This document shows, piece after piece, positions 48,501 to 61,400 of a DNA stretch of 64,000 nt. Position numbers and translations under genes: made by a program. The DNA is from Antedon mediterranea (taxonomy: Eukaryota > Animalia > Echinodermata): NCBI RefSeq assembly GCF_964355755.1, contig NC_092675.1:31158912-31222911 (forward strand), in the 5' to 3' direction. Each line of letters opens with the position of its first letter. The stretch's first letter is position 1. Under the pieces are notes generated by a model, which was given only the letters and a program-made list of their open reading frames with translations, ran no database searches and was not told the origin of the DNA.

Positions 48501-51500
48501 AATACGAGTAAATACACAAAAACAGAATAAACAAATGTAAAATTACCTGAAACAACAGTAAGTTATTAAAGTTAAAATCAACCCCAGTAAAGATAAGCCA
48601 ATGGTTACTCTGGATATCCAACCTAATGCCAATTGGTGTGAATCAGAATGGGGTACCTGTAAGAAACATTGACAAATTGATCATTAAAACGAACACGCCG
48701 AAAAAGGACTCACAATAAATAAATAAATAACGTACAGGTTACCTGGCGCGTAGTTCTCATTAAAACCGCGTATGACGTAGTGTGGTTACATGAACACGTG
48801 TTACCTGCGTCCATTTTGCATCCTTTACTTGACCACCTAATAATATAGAAAACTTGGTTACAGTTATTAATTGATATTACCTGTTATTTAGCCTGTCATG
48901 TTGACATCAAATGACTACAAATACTGAGTTCACATATCTCAGTAAACTAGTTTGTCAGGAAGGTGAACGGCTTGATGAACAACTCTAAGATGTATATCGG
49001 AAATGTTTTTTTTGTATCTATTATGTTGTGTTTATTGTTTTATGTTTTTATGTAAAAGGGTCCTGCGAAAACAGAAGTGTAAACTTCTCTATGCAGGATC
49101 CTTGCCATCATTTATGCTATGAAACTATATTTATAAAGGATGAGTAAATAAATGTGAATTTGAGTTAAACTATTTTTCTGCTATTTGCAAAAGTTTATCA
49201 ACGGGTCTATAAACTTTGAACAACTGTTCTTGCAAAAATTTGCTAGTCTACTTTCGACTAGTTTTTTTTTTATTTATCTATCTGGAGTATCAAATGACTG
49301 CAACCCCAATACTGTTATTTGATTGGTTGATCTCACAAACCTCGGCATACTAGTTTGTCAAGAAATTTTCCGACGTAACTCATATAATAGCAAATTTTGG
49401 AAATACTTCTCTTGCCAAACTCGTAGTTTACTCGTAGTTTACTCTAGTTTACTCGTAATTTACTCGTAGTTTACTCGTAGTTTACTCTAGTTTGCAAACT
49501 AAAGTTTGTCGAAGTAACTGGTCTACACTGCAAACAAACCGTTCTTACATAGTTTCCAAAAATAAAGTATGAAAACTAGTTTAACTTACAGGCCTTGATT
49601 GTTAATAAAGGCACATATTTTATATTGAAGCTGGTCCTCTTCTTTTTTAATCTAAGAAGAGCAGTAAGAGCAACGGTTACACCAGAGCCTGATATTTGCA
49701 TAATATATTTTTGTTTTTTATCTCTATCTCCTTCACTTTCCTCAAAAATAAAGAAAAACGGTTTTGTTCATTTCAAAATTTCCTTAGTCTAAATAATGCA
49801 CTATCTGAACATAATAGTTTGTATCAACTTGCCCACAAATATTATAGGTTTTCGATCTAATGAACCTGTTAACCATTGTGATATGTTGTTTCATCAATGC
49901 AATAGTTATATAAACCATGGAGCTATAAAGTTAGAGCTCCATTTATAAACTTAGAATATTATTTTACCTGTTCAAAAGGTAGCTGAAATTTACTTCCAAT
50001 TTGAATTCTGTTTTTATCAAATGTAAAAGCTGACAGCGAGAATATTCCATTACTCAGTAGCGAATAGGTTGTATGTATTGAATTATCCAAATTGGCATCT
50101 TCCAAAAAATGTCTGTATTCAAGGAAGTAATAACCATAACTTTGTAAAAGCATTTAATATTCATATTATTTAGAAATGTTTGTTTTAAATGTGTTCTTCT
50201 TGAACTTACGTCCTTTTGATTCAGTTATTAATGTTTTTTGTTCCGAATAAATTTCTTATTATTTTATTGTTAAAAGTAACAAAAATATAAATTTTAAAAA
50301 ATACAACTCAGACACAAGACAATAAATTGTATTTTCTTATTTAGAATTAAAGTTGTTTGCTAAAAGAAGTTTTAGTTTACTTACAATGACCTATTTTTAG
50401 TTGTTGAATTGATCATGTCGGCTGATGATTTAATGTACATCGCTAACACCAACTCTGTATTAATATAAAAGTGCATTAAAAAATAGCATTTTTAAATCAT
50501 TCCACTGTCAGGCCGCAAGGCGAACTAAATAAATTAATTATAAATGAATTATATGATTATCTTCTTCTCTTTTATTGTCCAGGCTTGTGTGACGACTACA
50601 TTAACTGTATATCCCCGTTTAACATAATGTTCCGTTTTCTTAATCTGTTCAACTTTTGAAAGGAGTTAACTATTTACGTGATTAGATATTCATAATAATT
50701 ACTATAAATAATACATATTTCCTTAATACATCAGTTACACCAGTAATACAGCCATTTTTGTTTTATATCTTACCAATGTTTTCTAATATTGTCAGAGGTT
50801 GAAACCTTACAAAGTCATTCGTGTCTGCTTCAATGATGAATTCTGCAGGTTCGGAATCGTTTAAACGTATCATCATTGCATTTACACCTATAAATTAATA
50901 ATAAATAATCTTAAACAATTCGATAATTGTAACAATGATGGTCGGTGATGATAATGAGAACAATCTTACCTTCAATTGTTGTTTCCAACACTGTTACATT
51001 TCTTGGCATAAACAGTTTTAAAATTGAATTTTCTATAGTTGATATACCTGTCATTATGTCCAGAAATACCTTTAACGACAATTGTATTTTAAAGAAGTAA
51101 AAGCGTTGTAGTTTCTTTGTAGGCCTATAGGAGGAAGACCTGTTTATTAATACGTCGGACTAATTTTGCCAACGTAATAACAACCCTCATACAATTTCAC
51201 CTCACAAGATAAAGATTAAGTTAACATTGGTTAATTAATGTACATATCTAAATTGTAAACGTCACAACATTGTCAATGTCAATCAATCAATACAACCTCG
51301 GTTGGTACTGCATTTTGTTCTGTAGTCGGTACTTTAGTCGGTACTTGAGTCGGTACTTTAGTCGGTACTTTAGTCGGTACTTTAGTCGGTACTTGAGTTG
51401 GTATTTGAGTTGGTATTTGAGTCTGTATTTCAGTTGGTACTTGGTGGGTATTTTGTGCTTCAAATCTTGTTTCTGAAAAAAAAACCTACATTCTTGAATT

Positions 51501-54265
51501 TTATTTTTATTGTTAAGGGCATTGAGGCTTTTAGCATGATTTTTTATTATTAAATTTAGCAGCAAATGTTCAATTTATTACCATAGTAAATTATTTCTAT
51601 CGTTATCATAGGCATGAATAAATGTTTCCATATCATACACTTTGTTTAGCATCTGTGTTTTTAATATTATATCCGGCTTAAAAAAGATCGACGTTACCTC
51701 TACAACCAAGAACTTCAAATCTCATAACTACTTTGCTATGCCAACTGGTTGGATGAATTCGTATGACTCGAGTGGTTATAGGGATCGGAAATATGTGAGT
51801 TACTTCGGTATTTGTATCTGTATTCCCTTCAAACTCCTACAAATAATATTAAAATGCATCATTACAATAAATATGAATAATTAAAAAATTATCTTGACTC
51901 CAAATAAATCGTACATTTTCATTTTTTTGTATTATTTAAAAATGAAAAACATAGAAATATAACAACAAATTGAAACGCATGGAGCGCAACATTTAGGAAA
52001 GAAGTTTGAAGCTCAGTTGCATTAATGTGGCGTGCCATACTCAAACAAAGTTCTCCACAGTAATTAAAAGATGATGGACATGATGTAATGATTTCCATTG
52101 TTGTGTAACAAAAAGCAAATCACTAATAACGAAATCCAATAATTATTTACCTCTCACTACTTAATTTTTCAACTAAAGCTGTAGCTTACTTTCTATTATG
52201 TATTCCACCAGCAATATCAATTATAGGCCTACATACAATAACATTACACACTAATACAACATTAAAGATGAACAATGCAGATGAGCAGCTTCAGCAAAAT
52301 ACATTATTATTCAATGTGAATGTCAAATAATACACTTACTACAACTTTACTTCCATTCATAATTTCCTGAAAGTTTACAGCATCCGTGCTATAAGATACT
52401 TCAAATGACGTCACCCAGTATGATGTCACGGAACCTCCTCCTCCTCCTTGCGTAATGACCCCAGTAGTCACTGTATCATTTTTAAGGAAGTCGACTTGAA
52501 TCCATTGTTGTTCATCGTCACTGCCTGCTCTCCATCCCCAATCTGAATTTAGCCTAAATCCATTCCACATATATTCAGAAGAAAATGATGTTATCTGATC
52601 TGACTTAACTGTTCCATCTTCTATTCCTAAGGCATCAGCGCACCAATCTTGAGAATGAAAATGTACGATTTCAACATAAGATGATTTATTCTGCGCGTAC
52701 TATCTATATTTAGTAATCAAATTTTGTAATTAAAGATGTTTTGTTGTTTTCCGTGCACAGATGTATTTGTAATCAAAATCTTTATTGTTAAATTTGCTAT
52801 AGTTCAGAAACAAAGAAGTTACCTTTGCACCCAAGAACTTCAAATCTCATGCCAATATGTTCGTGATGTTCAGTTGGATGAAGGCGGATGACTCGAGCAA
52901 TTATAAGTGAAGAAAACATATTTATAACTTGAGTATTCTTATCGTTATTCCCCGTAAATACCTAAATAACAGTTACAATGTAATAATTAAGGTTAATACT
53001 GTTTATTAATTCGTCAGATTTCAGGACGGAGAGGCGGTAAGAGAGGAAAAGGGTCGACGATGATGTAGGCCTATGTAGTGCATGTAAAATAAACCAAACT
53101 TTACGGTACTTGCATTTATAAGTTGGAAGTTGGTACTTCCATCATCACGGTAAAGAACTTTATACACTGTCACCCATGCTGCAGTTCCTCCATGTTTACC
53201 TTGTGTGATGATTCCAGTTACGATGGTATTCTTTTTCAGATCAGCTTGAATCCATGGATTATCGTCTTGATTAGACGGTCTCCATCCTCCTTTAAATCCA
53301 TCACCATCATTTATAGTGTTTAATCTACCACGATTAGCCCTTGTGTAATTGACGTAATAACTAGATGCCGCCAATGGCGTCGTCCCATTTTCAACACCCA
53401 GAGGTTCCTCACATAATCCTAAAAAGAATTTATATAGCTGTTTTATTTTGGAAATTTTTATTTTTGATGATTTAATAAAATACTGAATAAAAACGACAGA
53501 TTTACATTTTATTTCCGAAATTTCGCGCGCTAGTTACATATAATAATAAGAACAAAACATGAATAATAGTGGGTTGTACAGCCCGTTAAACAATTAGTTT
53601 GTTTACTCTCCTGGGTGCATTTTTTTAATTAAGTATATTTTAAATGTCATTTAATATTTAGTATTTATATTTATATATTTTTCATTTTGTAATTATATAC
53701 TTTATTATAATACAAACGGAGCTTTATAATTAATTATTTTAAAATAAAGAATAAAAAAACAATGTGAAAAAAACACCAATCAGTTAGTTTATCAAGTATT
53801 TAAAAAAAGGAAGCCACCATAATTGTTATGGTACCAGGGATAGGCAATCTAAATCCTTTAAAAAGGGATTCAATTTACATGCTGAGTGGTCATCCAAAAA
53901 AGGAATGTCTTAGATCATACCACCATTAAAGTGGTATACCGTAACCTTCTGCCGACAAAGAGTCCACGTTGTCAATAGTTATTTTAACTCATGAGAGGCA
54001 TTACATTCTGCTGTTTCTCAATAATCATACTCAGTTTGTCTGTTGGTTCTGTGTACTTCGTTTAATAATTCAATTATTTAAATATCTTAAAATAAGTATG
54101 TGTAGAGGCCTACATACCGTCAACAACATTCGGCGAGCTGTTTACATTGACGACAGTAACAAGAACTGGAAAACAAGTAATAATACTATACAATTCTAGC
54201 CGTGATTTGTCAAGTATTGTAAAAGCGATTAGGACTAACATACATAAACGAATTAAAGAATACAT
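45513..54265 (-). CDS. Adhesion GPCR: two F5/8 type C (discoidin) domains, PT stalk, GAIN/GPS, secretin-type 7TM
   Basis: F5/8C exons 53418-53105, 52961-52823, 52647-52340 and 51836-51698; PT exon 51472-51297; GAIN exons from 51069; GPS ICAFINNQGL|WSSKGC..TCSCNHTTSYAVLM (49630-49590, 48836-48743); TM motifs WMLAEA, CWINSENGLRWTFVG, LLPLFGVTW and NGLQGCFIF. First exon (54265-54118) and last exons (46184-46136, 45733-45513) are less certain. Confidence 0.88.
45921..46143. repeat. 47-bp tandem repeat (~4.7 copies) overlapping a GPCR exon-intron junction
   Basis: ttaagatcgtatacttacactaataactgatacttaagttaagttat; aagatcg at 45924, 45971, 46018, 46065 and 46112. Confidence 0.9.
51322..51440 (-). 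repeat. 12-bp coding repeat encoding the (K/Q)(V/I)PT mucin-like stalk of the GPCR
   Basis: In the exon frame it reads QVPTEIQTQIPTQIPTQVPTKVPTKVPT... Confidence 0.8.
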
Positions 54266-57200
54266 GGGGTCATTTGTTTCCAATGCTGCTGGTTTTGATG
54301 GGCAATTAAGCGCGGCAGAACACAAGTTTTGAAAATAAGGCAGATCAACAAGATGTTTCGTATGTTCGCCAGATCTACAAGCCCCTTATGCACCCCACTA
54401 CACCCTACGCATACAGTATTTGTAAAACACATCAGTTTGTATACATTAGATGGGTTAGGAAAAAACAATTCGGTTTAACTTCGTAATAATTATATACCCT
54501 ATAATTTAAAATAGTTTACGTACCTATTATTAAATGTATGTACATCTTTCTTGGTAATCTTCATGCAGTATATCGAATGTGCAATTACTCTTCCAAATCC
54601 ATAATCGATTTTTTTAATTCGCTATTAAGGATCTCTGAAGTCATTGAATGAGATTGCATAAGTTGTACAGATAACAAGTCCAGCAAGTCTGCCAACAAGT
54701 TTGTAGGTCTGCACAGCCTTGTGGTCTGCAGGAAAGTGACGATGTGATGGACAAGCTTAAGGGTTCGTTGCTCGAATCGCGTATTATGCAAACTACAGGT
54801 TGATTACCTTCATTTAGTATAAGTATAAAAGGAATAATAGGATGTTCTTTGTTGGAAATGTCATTGGTTTAGCATGCTTGTTATTTGATATCATCATCAA
54901 CATAATTATGAACTAAACATAATTATTAGAATGTAATACGATATAACTTATATATATATATAACAATAGCAAGATGAATTCTAGAAAAATGAATGACGTG
55001 ACTGATGGAAGTTGTCAAGTAAAGGTTGTTGAATGGTTTATTTTTAGCCCCGATTATTCGAATTCATGATGGTCTCTGTTCTAATGTACTCCAACTATTG
55101 CCGCTGAGAAATTCACGGCGGCAAAATACACCGTCTCCGTTCTGTGTGTTTCAGTTTTTTATTTATTTTATGCAATCATTAAAATATGGATTACATCTCA
55201 GCCAATTGATATCATAATAAATTTCTGTTCTGGTTTATTCTGGTGCATCAATTAAAAAGCGATTATTATTATTAGATCACACCCACAGAAAGTTTACATA
55301 AGACCTAATATTGCCTTGAAATAACCAACATTGGAACTTCAAACAAGCCTAACAATTAAAGTTCATTTGGACTCATCTATTACAGATTGCAAGAAGAATT
55401 CTTATTCCAGACAATGCTTACCAAATGAAATGATATCTTATTGAAGTCATCAATACAATTAATGTTATTGATTTGAGCCAGAAATACACGCTCGGTCCAC
55501 TTTATTTTTAATTGTAATATTATCAACTGTCTTGGTATTGTGTACGTTACAATATGCATTATTGACTATAGATTAATATAACTACGACATTTATGGTAAC
55601 ATAATCTGATGAACATAATATACTCCATCATTTTATAAGTAGCTCCATAATAAAGTCTGAGAGAACGACCTATTTTGAGTTTAAAACGTATAAAGTACTA
55701 CAAGAGAACTACTTCAATTTGACCGCTGTTGCCTCCCTGTTTGTACGATTGAATGCCCTAATGATGATGTCTGAAATTCCGGGTCGAATCTCGTCTGCGT
55801 CTTCCTAACTCTCTCACAGTTTTCTCTGTTGCATGTCAATATAAACTGAAAATTACCGGTAATTTATAATTCATTAAACGATGAAGATAATCACTATATT
55901 GGATCATATAGAAGTAACCTTTTTTCACATTACATTATCAGATCCAAATGAACTTATTTAATAATCAGAGTTGTTATTATACTATGACATGATGCAATGT
56001 GACTATGCCCCTTGAATTGTTGGCGAATGCAGATGATACAGACCAATTAAAACATAAACAAAATGTTTACAACAATAAAAAAAAAAAAGAAGAAATGTTA
56101 TTTTATTTTATTTGTCTTGTTTGTTGTATCTAATCTTCCACGTTTGGGCCGGAGTGTGGTAGGTAAAATTGTGGCGGAGGGATCCTCACAATATGCGGCG
56201 GGTCCTCATCAATAATTGGCGTGGGGTCATGTGATCATTAGTTGTGGGACCCGGAGGAGGCCGGGCCATGGCTGTTTCAATAACATTATGCTTAATTAAA
56301 GTAATTTTTACTTATTTGATCTCCTTTCACACATTGTCTTCTTCTTTTTTTTCTAAAGTAAAACTATCTGTTCTTTTTTGTTCAATGTGTAGAAAATAAA
56401 TGAAACAAACAAATGAAACAAACATTTAAAAATTTCACCGATGCGCCCTCATTTTAAACTTTTTGAAAGTGGATCAAGAAGTACAAGAAATTACGATCAC
56501 ATGACCGTTTAAATAGATTAAATCCATTGTCATTCAAATGAATTGTTTACAGTGATATACAAAGACTCAGACTTGGTACGTTTAAAGATAAGTTACAGCA
56601 ATCACAATGTTTGTTTTTGTCTTAACATCACTGTTTTCTGTCGTTTGGGGTAAGTATATGCTATTAGTCCCGGGTTTCTTTTTATCCTACACTGAAGAAA
56701 ATAACCCGGCAAATGAGTTAAAAGAACAAGATACAATTAGATCTGTAGCTAGTATAAAGTAATGAGTTATTATTATTATTACTTGGAATGTTGGGAATGA
56801 ACGGATGCTGTTGGCAGACGGTAATACAAATGTTGCTTTAAGTCTATACTAACCAACTAGTTTGCAACCACGAGCAATAAAAGTTTTTTTATGTATAAAG
56901 TTGCGGATAACATTTTCAAACTGTGATTTTGCTCGTGTTTGCAAATAAAACTAGCAGCTAGCGCACATTTCTTTTTAGCTATTATTATCGTCTTGGTGGT
57001 GTACAGAAAAAAAACCACACAAATGATCAAGTTTAGGATAGTTTATCAACCATTGCAGCATTTTTTGTTAAACTTTTGGCACAGTCGGCCCAGGACCGTA
57101 AAAGTGCTCGGAGAACGTGAACTTCTACAGTATAAATTGCTTTATTTTTCAACACGCTATTACACGCATATTCTACACGCCTACGAGAAGTGTGTTGTAT

Positions 57201-58454
57201 AACAACAAAGTGACAATGGATGATCCAGGTCAGCAGATTAGGATAAGAGCATGCGCAGAGAGTGGGAACTTCCTGATGCATTTTGCAGCTGCTCAGATCA
57301 CACACCACACAGCCAGACAGCGTGTTTATTTTTTCTGGGTGAGAGGGTAGGCCTACGTGACACGTGTAATAACATCGGAAAGGTACATTCATTTAAAGCG
57401 CTTTCATTTTGGTAATAAGCCTGGAGGGGCTGGGATAGGCTATTTTTATTGAGGCGTGTTTAGTGTAGGCCTACTGTATGGTAGTTAGGCCTAACTCTCT
57501 AGCCAATCTACTACCTAGTCTATAGGTAGGCTTAGTTTAGGCCTAACTAGTACTACTGTACTACTAGTAGTAGCAGACGCACAGATAGCCCATCCAGGTC
57601 ATGCTTACTCAGACTGCATGTTTTATTCATCATCTAGCTAGGCCTACTATTCAAGTCGCCCACCTCAGGAAGTCGCCCCATTTAAAGTCTCCCCATTACA
57701 AATTCGCCCCAACGTAAAGTGTTAACTGCTGTTATGCGCGATTTGAACGGTTTGCGAAACCATGATGAAAAGCAAAATAATACGGAACGGTGTAGGCATA
57801 AAAAGGGGAATCCCCGCGGTCGCACTCTCGACTCGAAACGCAGCAGCTCACCAGTAGAAGGGGAAACCCCGCCGTAGTCGCTCCGGTTTACGATGATATC
57901 AGTCTACGTTTGAAATCGGTCGCATTTATTTAATTTTGGTCGCGATAAAAATGATAAAGTGCAGATATTAGGATCTAGGTTATTTATTTTACCAGGTAGA
58001 TCATTAATTTGATGAATGAATATTTATTTTTAATAATTAAATTGTTTTTATTTTACAGTTGAGTAGGTCTTCTATGTATGCGTACCTTCAAAATGGCAAT
58101 TTGTAAACATCGTTTAAGAATAAGATTATACGACCATGTTAACAGTACAAAAGAGATATATGATGTATATCAGATAAATTATATTTTTGTAGCTATAAAA
58201 AACCTAGTTACAGTCTAATTGTTGTGTATTATCAAATTTAGGTGGACTTTCAACCGCCAGTTTGAAATAGGAATATTTTTAATACAATTTAACCATTTTG
58301 AATAAAAAACCCCTTATCCCTTATGAAATAAGATGTGTATTTTTACTAACCATCCATATCTGTAGGCCTTCTCTCTGTCAGTTTATGGACATGTGTGTTA
58401 TTGTTTATTGCAGCATTACCTGTACGTCCTGTGTCTAATGACCAATTAGAAATC

Positions 58455-61400
58455 ATGGATAATGAAATAGATTATCAACTACTTATTTATGGTGCAGCAA
58501 CCATTGCAATTGGCACTGTCATCTATCTGGTTGTCAAGAAAACTAGCCCTTCTTCTCCTAAAGCTATCAAGCAATCAGTAATATTACCAGTAAGTATTTT
58601 AAACTCTTCTTTTGTGGTTTTGTACAATATAATGCATTGGGCTAGATGGTTTTATTTAAAAAATGTTATTTCAACCATCTTTAAAGAGGGTAAACCTTCC
58701 AGTTTAGCCCAGTGGGTTATTTTATTATTATTATTTGTTGGGTATATAAAATACATTGCAACAATTAACAATATCAAGTTTGAGTATTAATATTTATTTA
58801 TGAATCCACATAATAGTAAAAAGAAACTTCTTTCTTTTTTGTAGGGTGATGAACGAATTCACATTTCTCCATTGACAAATATCAATGAGGATGGCACACC
58901 AGACTTAATTGAGTATACTTACGAAGATGCCAGAACCATGTATCAAGCTATGATTCGTGGCAATGAACAGAGTAGTAAGTCATTGCAATATCACTTTAAA
59001 TCCAATTAGATTCATTTTATTTTGTCACAAAAGGAATAAAATTATTGCAAGTTTGAATGTGTTTTAAATAATAAAGCTCTGTCTACATTATCTAATCAAT
59101 GTGACAAAAAATGTGATGTGCCCATACAGTATATGGACTTATAATGTCATATCACTACCATATTTGGGCACATCACACTTTTTTTGTCAAACTAATTTGA
59201 TAATGTAGACAGAGCTTTAGTTTTGAAAACATCAATTAAATCTTTGTGTTTATCACATTTTCTTTGTTGAAGTTGCCGCTTTTTACAAGATTGTGAATCA
59301 ATTTTTACTCAAATATTGTACTATTATACAGTTGTTGTTGGTTTTACTGCATAACATAACTTATCCTATTGTTTCCATATAATAGAAAATGGACCATGTC
59401 TTGGCTGGCGGCCAGCACCTGAAGAGCCATTCCAATGGCTCACATACCAAGAGGTAAGTATACTTTACTGTTTAGTTCTAATGACCTTATATAACAATGT
59501 TCTGTTAAGCCTAGATGAATCATTTTGCCAACAAAAGAGTTTGTAGGCTGCTAATTCAATAGAACTCATATTAAGTAGGTCGGGAAACAATTTAAATCTA
59601 AGAATACATGTTTACACTTGCATAAAAAAAATGGTACATGATATAATAAAAATAGAGCTGTAGCTTGGTGGTTAACATTCTTGTCTTCCAAATTACAAGG
59701 TCTAAAGTTCAATCCTGACCTAGTGCCACATTTTCCACACTACTCCCTAACCTTCAAATGAGACTTCAGTTTAAGAGCAAGAGATACAGTAGTTGTCCAT
59801 CATGTAATTGGAGAGTTTGATATGAATGACAATAAATGTGTTTAATGTCTGCATTTGTTACAGGTACTGGATCGTGCATATGCAATTGGCTCGGCAATGG
59901 TTGTGAAAGGATTTTCACCAGGACAAAATACTTACATTGGTATTTACGCCAATAACAGACCAGAGGTAAAGAAACCCTCTAACAGAGCAAATTAATGATA
60001 CTTTAAAAAAAATGTAATAATAAGGTGTGCTTTGCTATTGTTGTATTGTGACCTTGACTTGATTGTTTAATTGAATGATAGTTTATTCGTAAAGACCTAT
60101 TTTCTGTGTGTAAGAATTTGATAAAGGAAGTTGTTCTAGATACTTTAAGCCATAAGCCTAAAAGACGCCAAGAGACATACTATTTTTAGTTGGAATTATT
60201 AGTATTTTAGAGTATGTATCATAGTGTAATGCACGGTTGTAAAATAATTTTTGGCTCTGAAAAAAGTGTACTTGAAAAAAACAAGAGTAAATTTTGAGTT
60301 AATTTAACTGTTTTTTTTTTGTCTTTTATAAGTGAACTCATTATTTTTGTTTTTTTCTACATAGGTGAATAACATTAAAACTGCAAAATTACCCATACTT
60401 CATTGTTCATGTTTTTAAGGGATAATTCATAATAATTATTAATTAATATTACATAATTTTTTCAGTGGGTAATTGCAGAGCATTCTTGTATTAAGTTCAA
60501 CATGATAACAGTACCTCTTTATGACACATTGGGAGATGATGCTTGTGTTCATATTATTAATCAAGGTATTCTCAACATATTGTTGTATTCATAATCATCA
60601 TCAAATATCATCACCAGCCCTCAAACTAATTGTTACTACCACCAATATCTACACCCATGTGACCATCATCAAACTTTATGTTACAAAAAAATGTGAGGTG
60701 CCAATAAATGGACATGATGATGTCATATCACTACCATATTTGGAGATATCACAATTTATTGTCAAACTAGTTTGGTAGTCATAGACAGAGCTTAATATTA
60801 ATGACTACCACCAATCTGCACCCATAGTGGTTACATTCAGTACCACTAGACTGAATGTTGGTAACTACCACCCATGTTGTGGCATGTGATCATCATCAAA
60901 TTAATATCTTCACAGCCAATATACCATTGATCTTTCTTGACACTGTTGACAAACTAAACAAATTGCTGAAGAGGTCAGATGAAATGTCAACGTTGAAAGT
61001 GTTTGTATTAATGGTTGGAGAAGTGAGTGAAGAAATAAAAGGAGCTTGCAGCAGTAAAGGAATAGAAGTGTTGACATTTGAGGAAATGCTAAAACTTGGT
61101 CAGGAAAACAAGAAAGAAGAACAGGTAACAAATCCTCTTTTTGTCTTCCATTTTGAATGTCATTTATGAAATATTTTTTATACCTATTTGTTTCTTTTGT
61201 CGTTTGAATAGATATTTGGTTCGTAGCAATATTTATTTTTTTATTTTTAAAGTTACCAAACCCTGATGACGTCTTTTCTGTGTGTTATACAAGTGGAACA
61301 ACTGGTAAGAGTCTGAGTATATTGTGATTTTGTTGAGTTCAGCCTTTGTTGTTGCCTGTAATTTCCACAGTATTTTATTACTAATTTATTACTTTTCACT

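Noticed and set aside
54585-55800. Short ORFs upstream of the GPCR (possible exon or decayed LINE)
   Set aside because: They could not be linked in phase to either neighbouring gene and show no clear motif.
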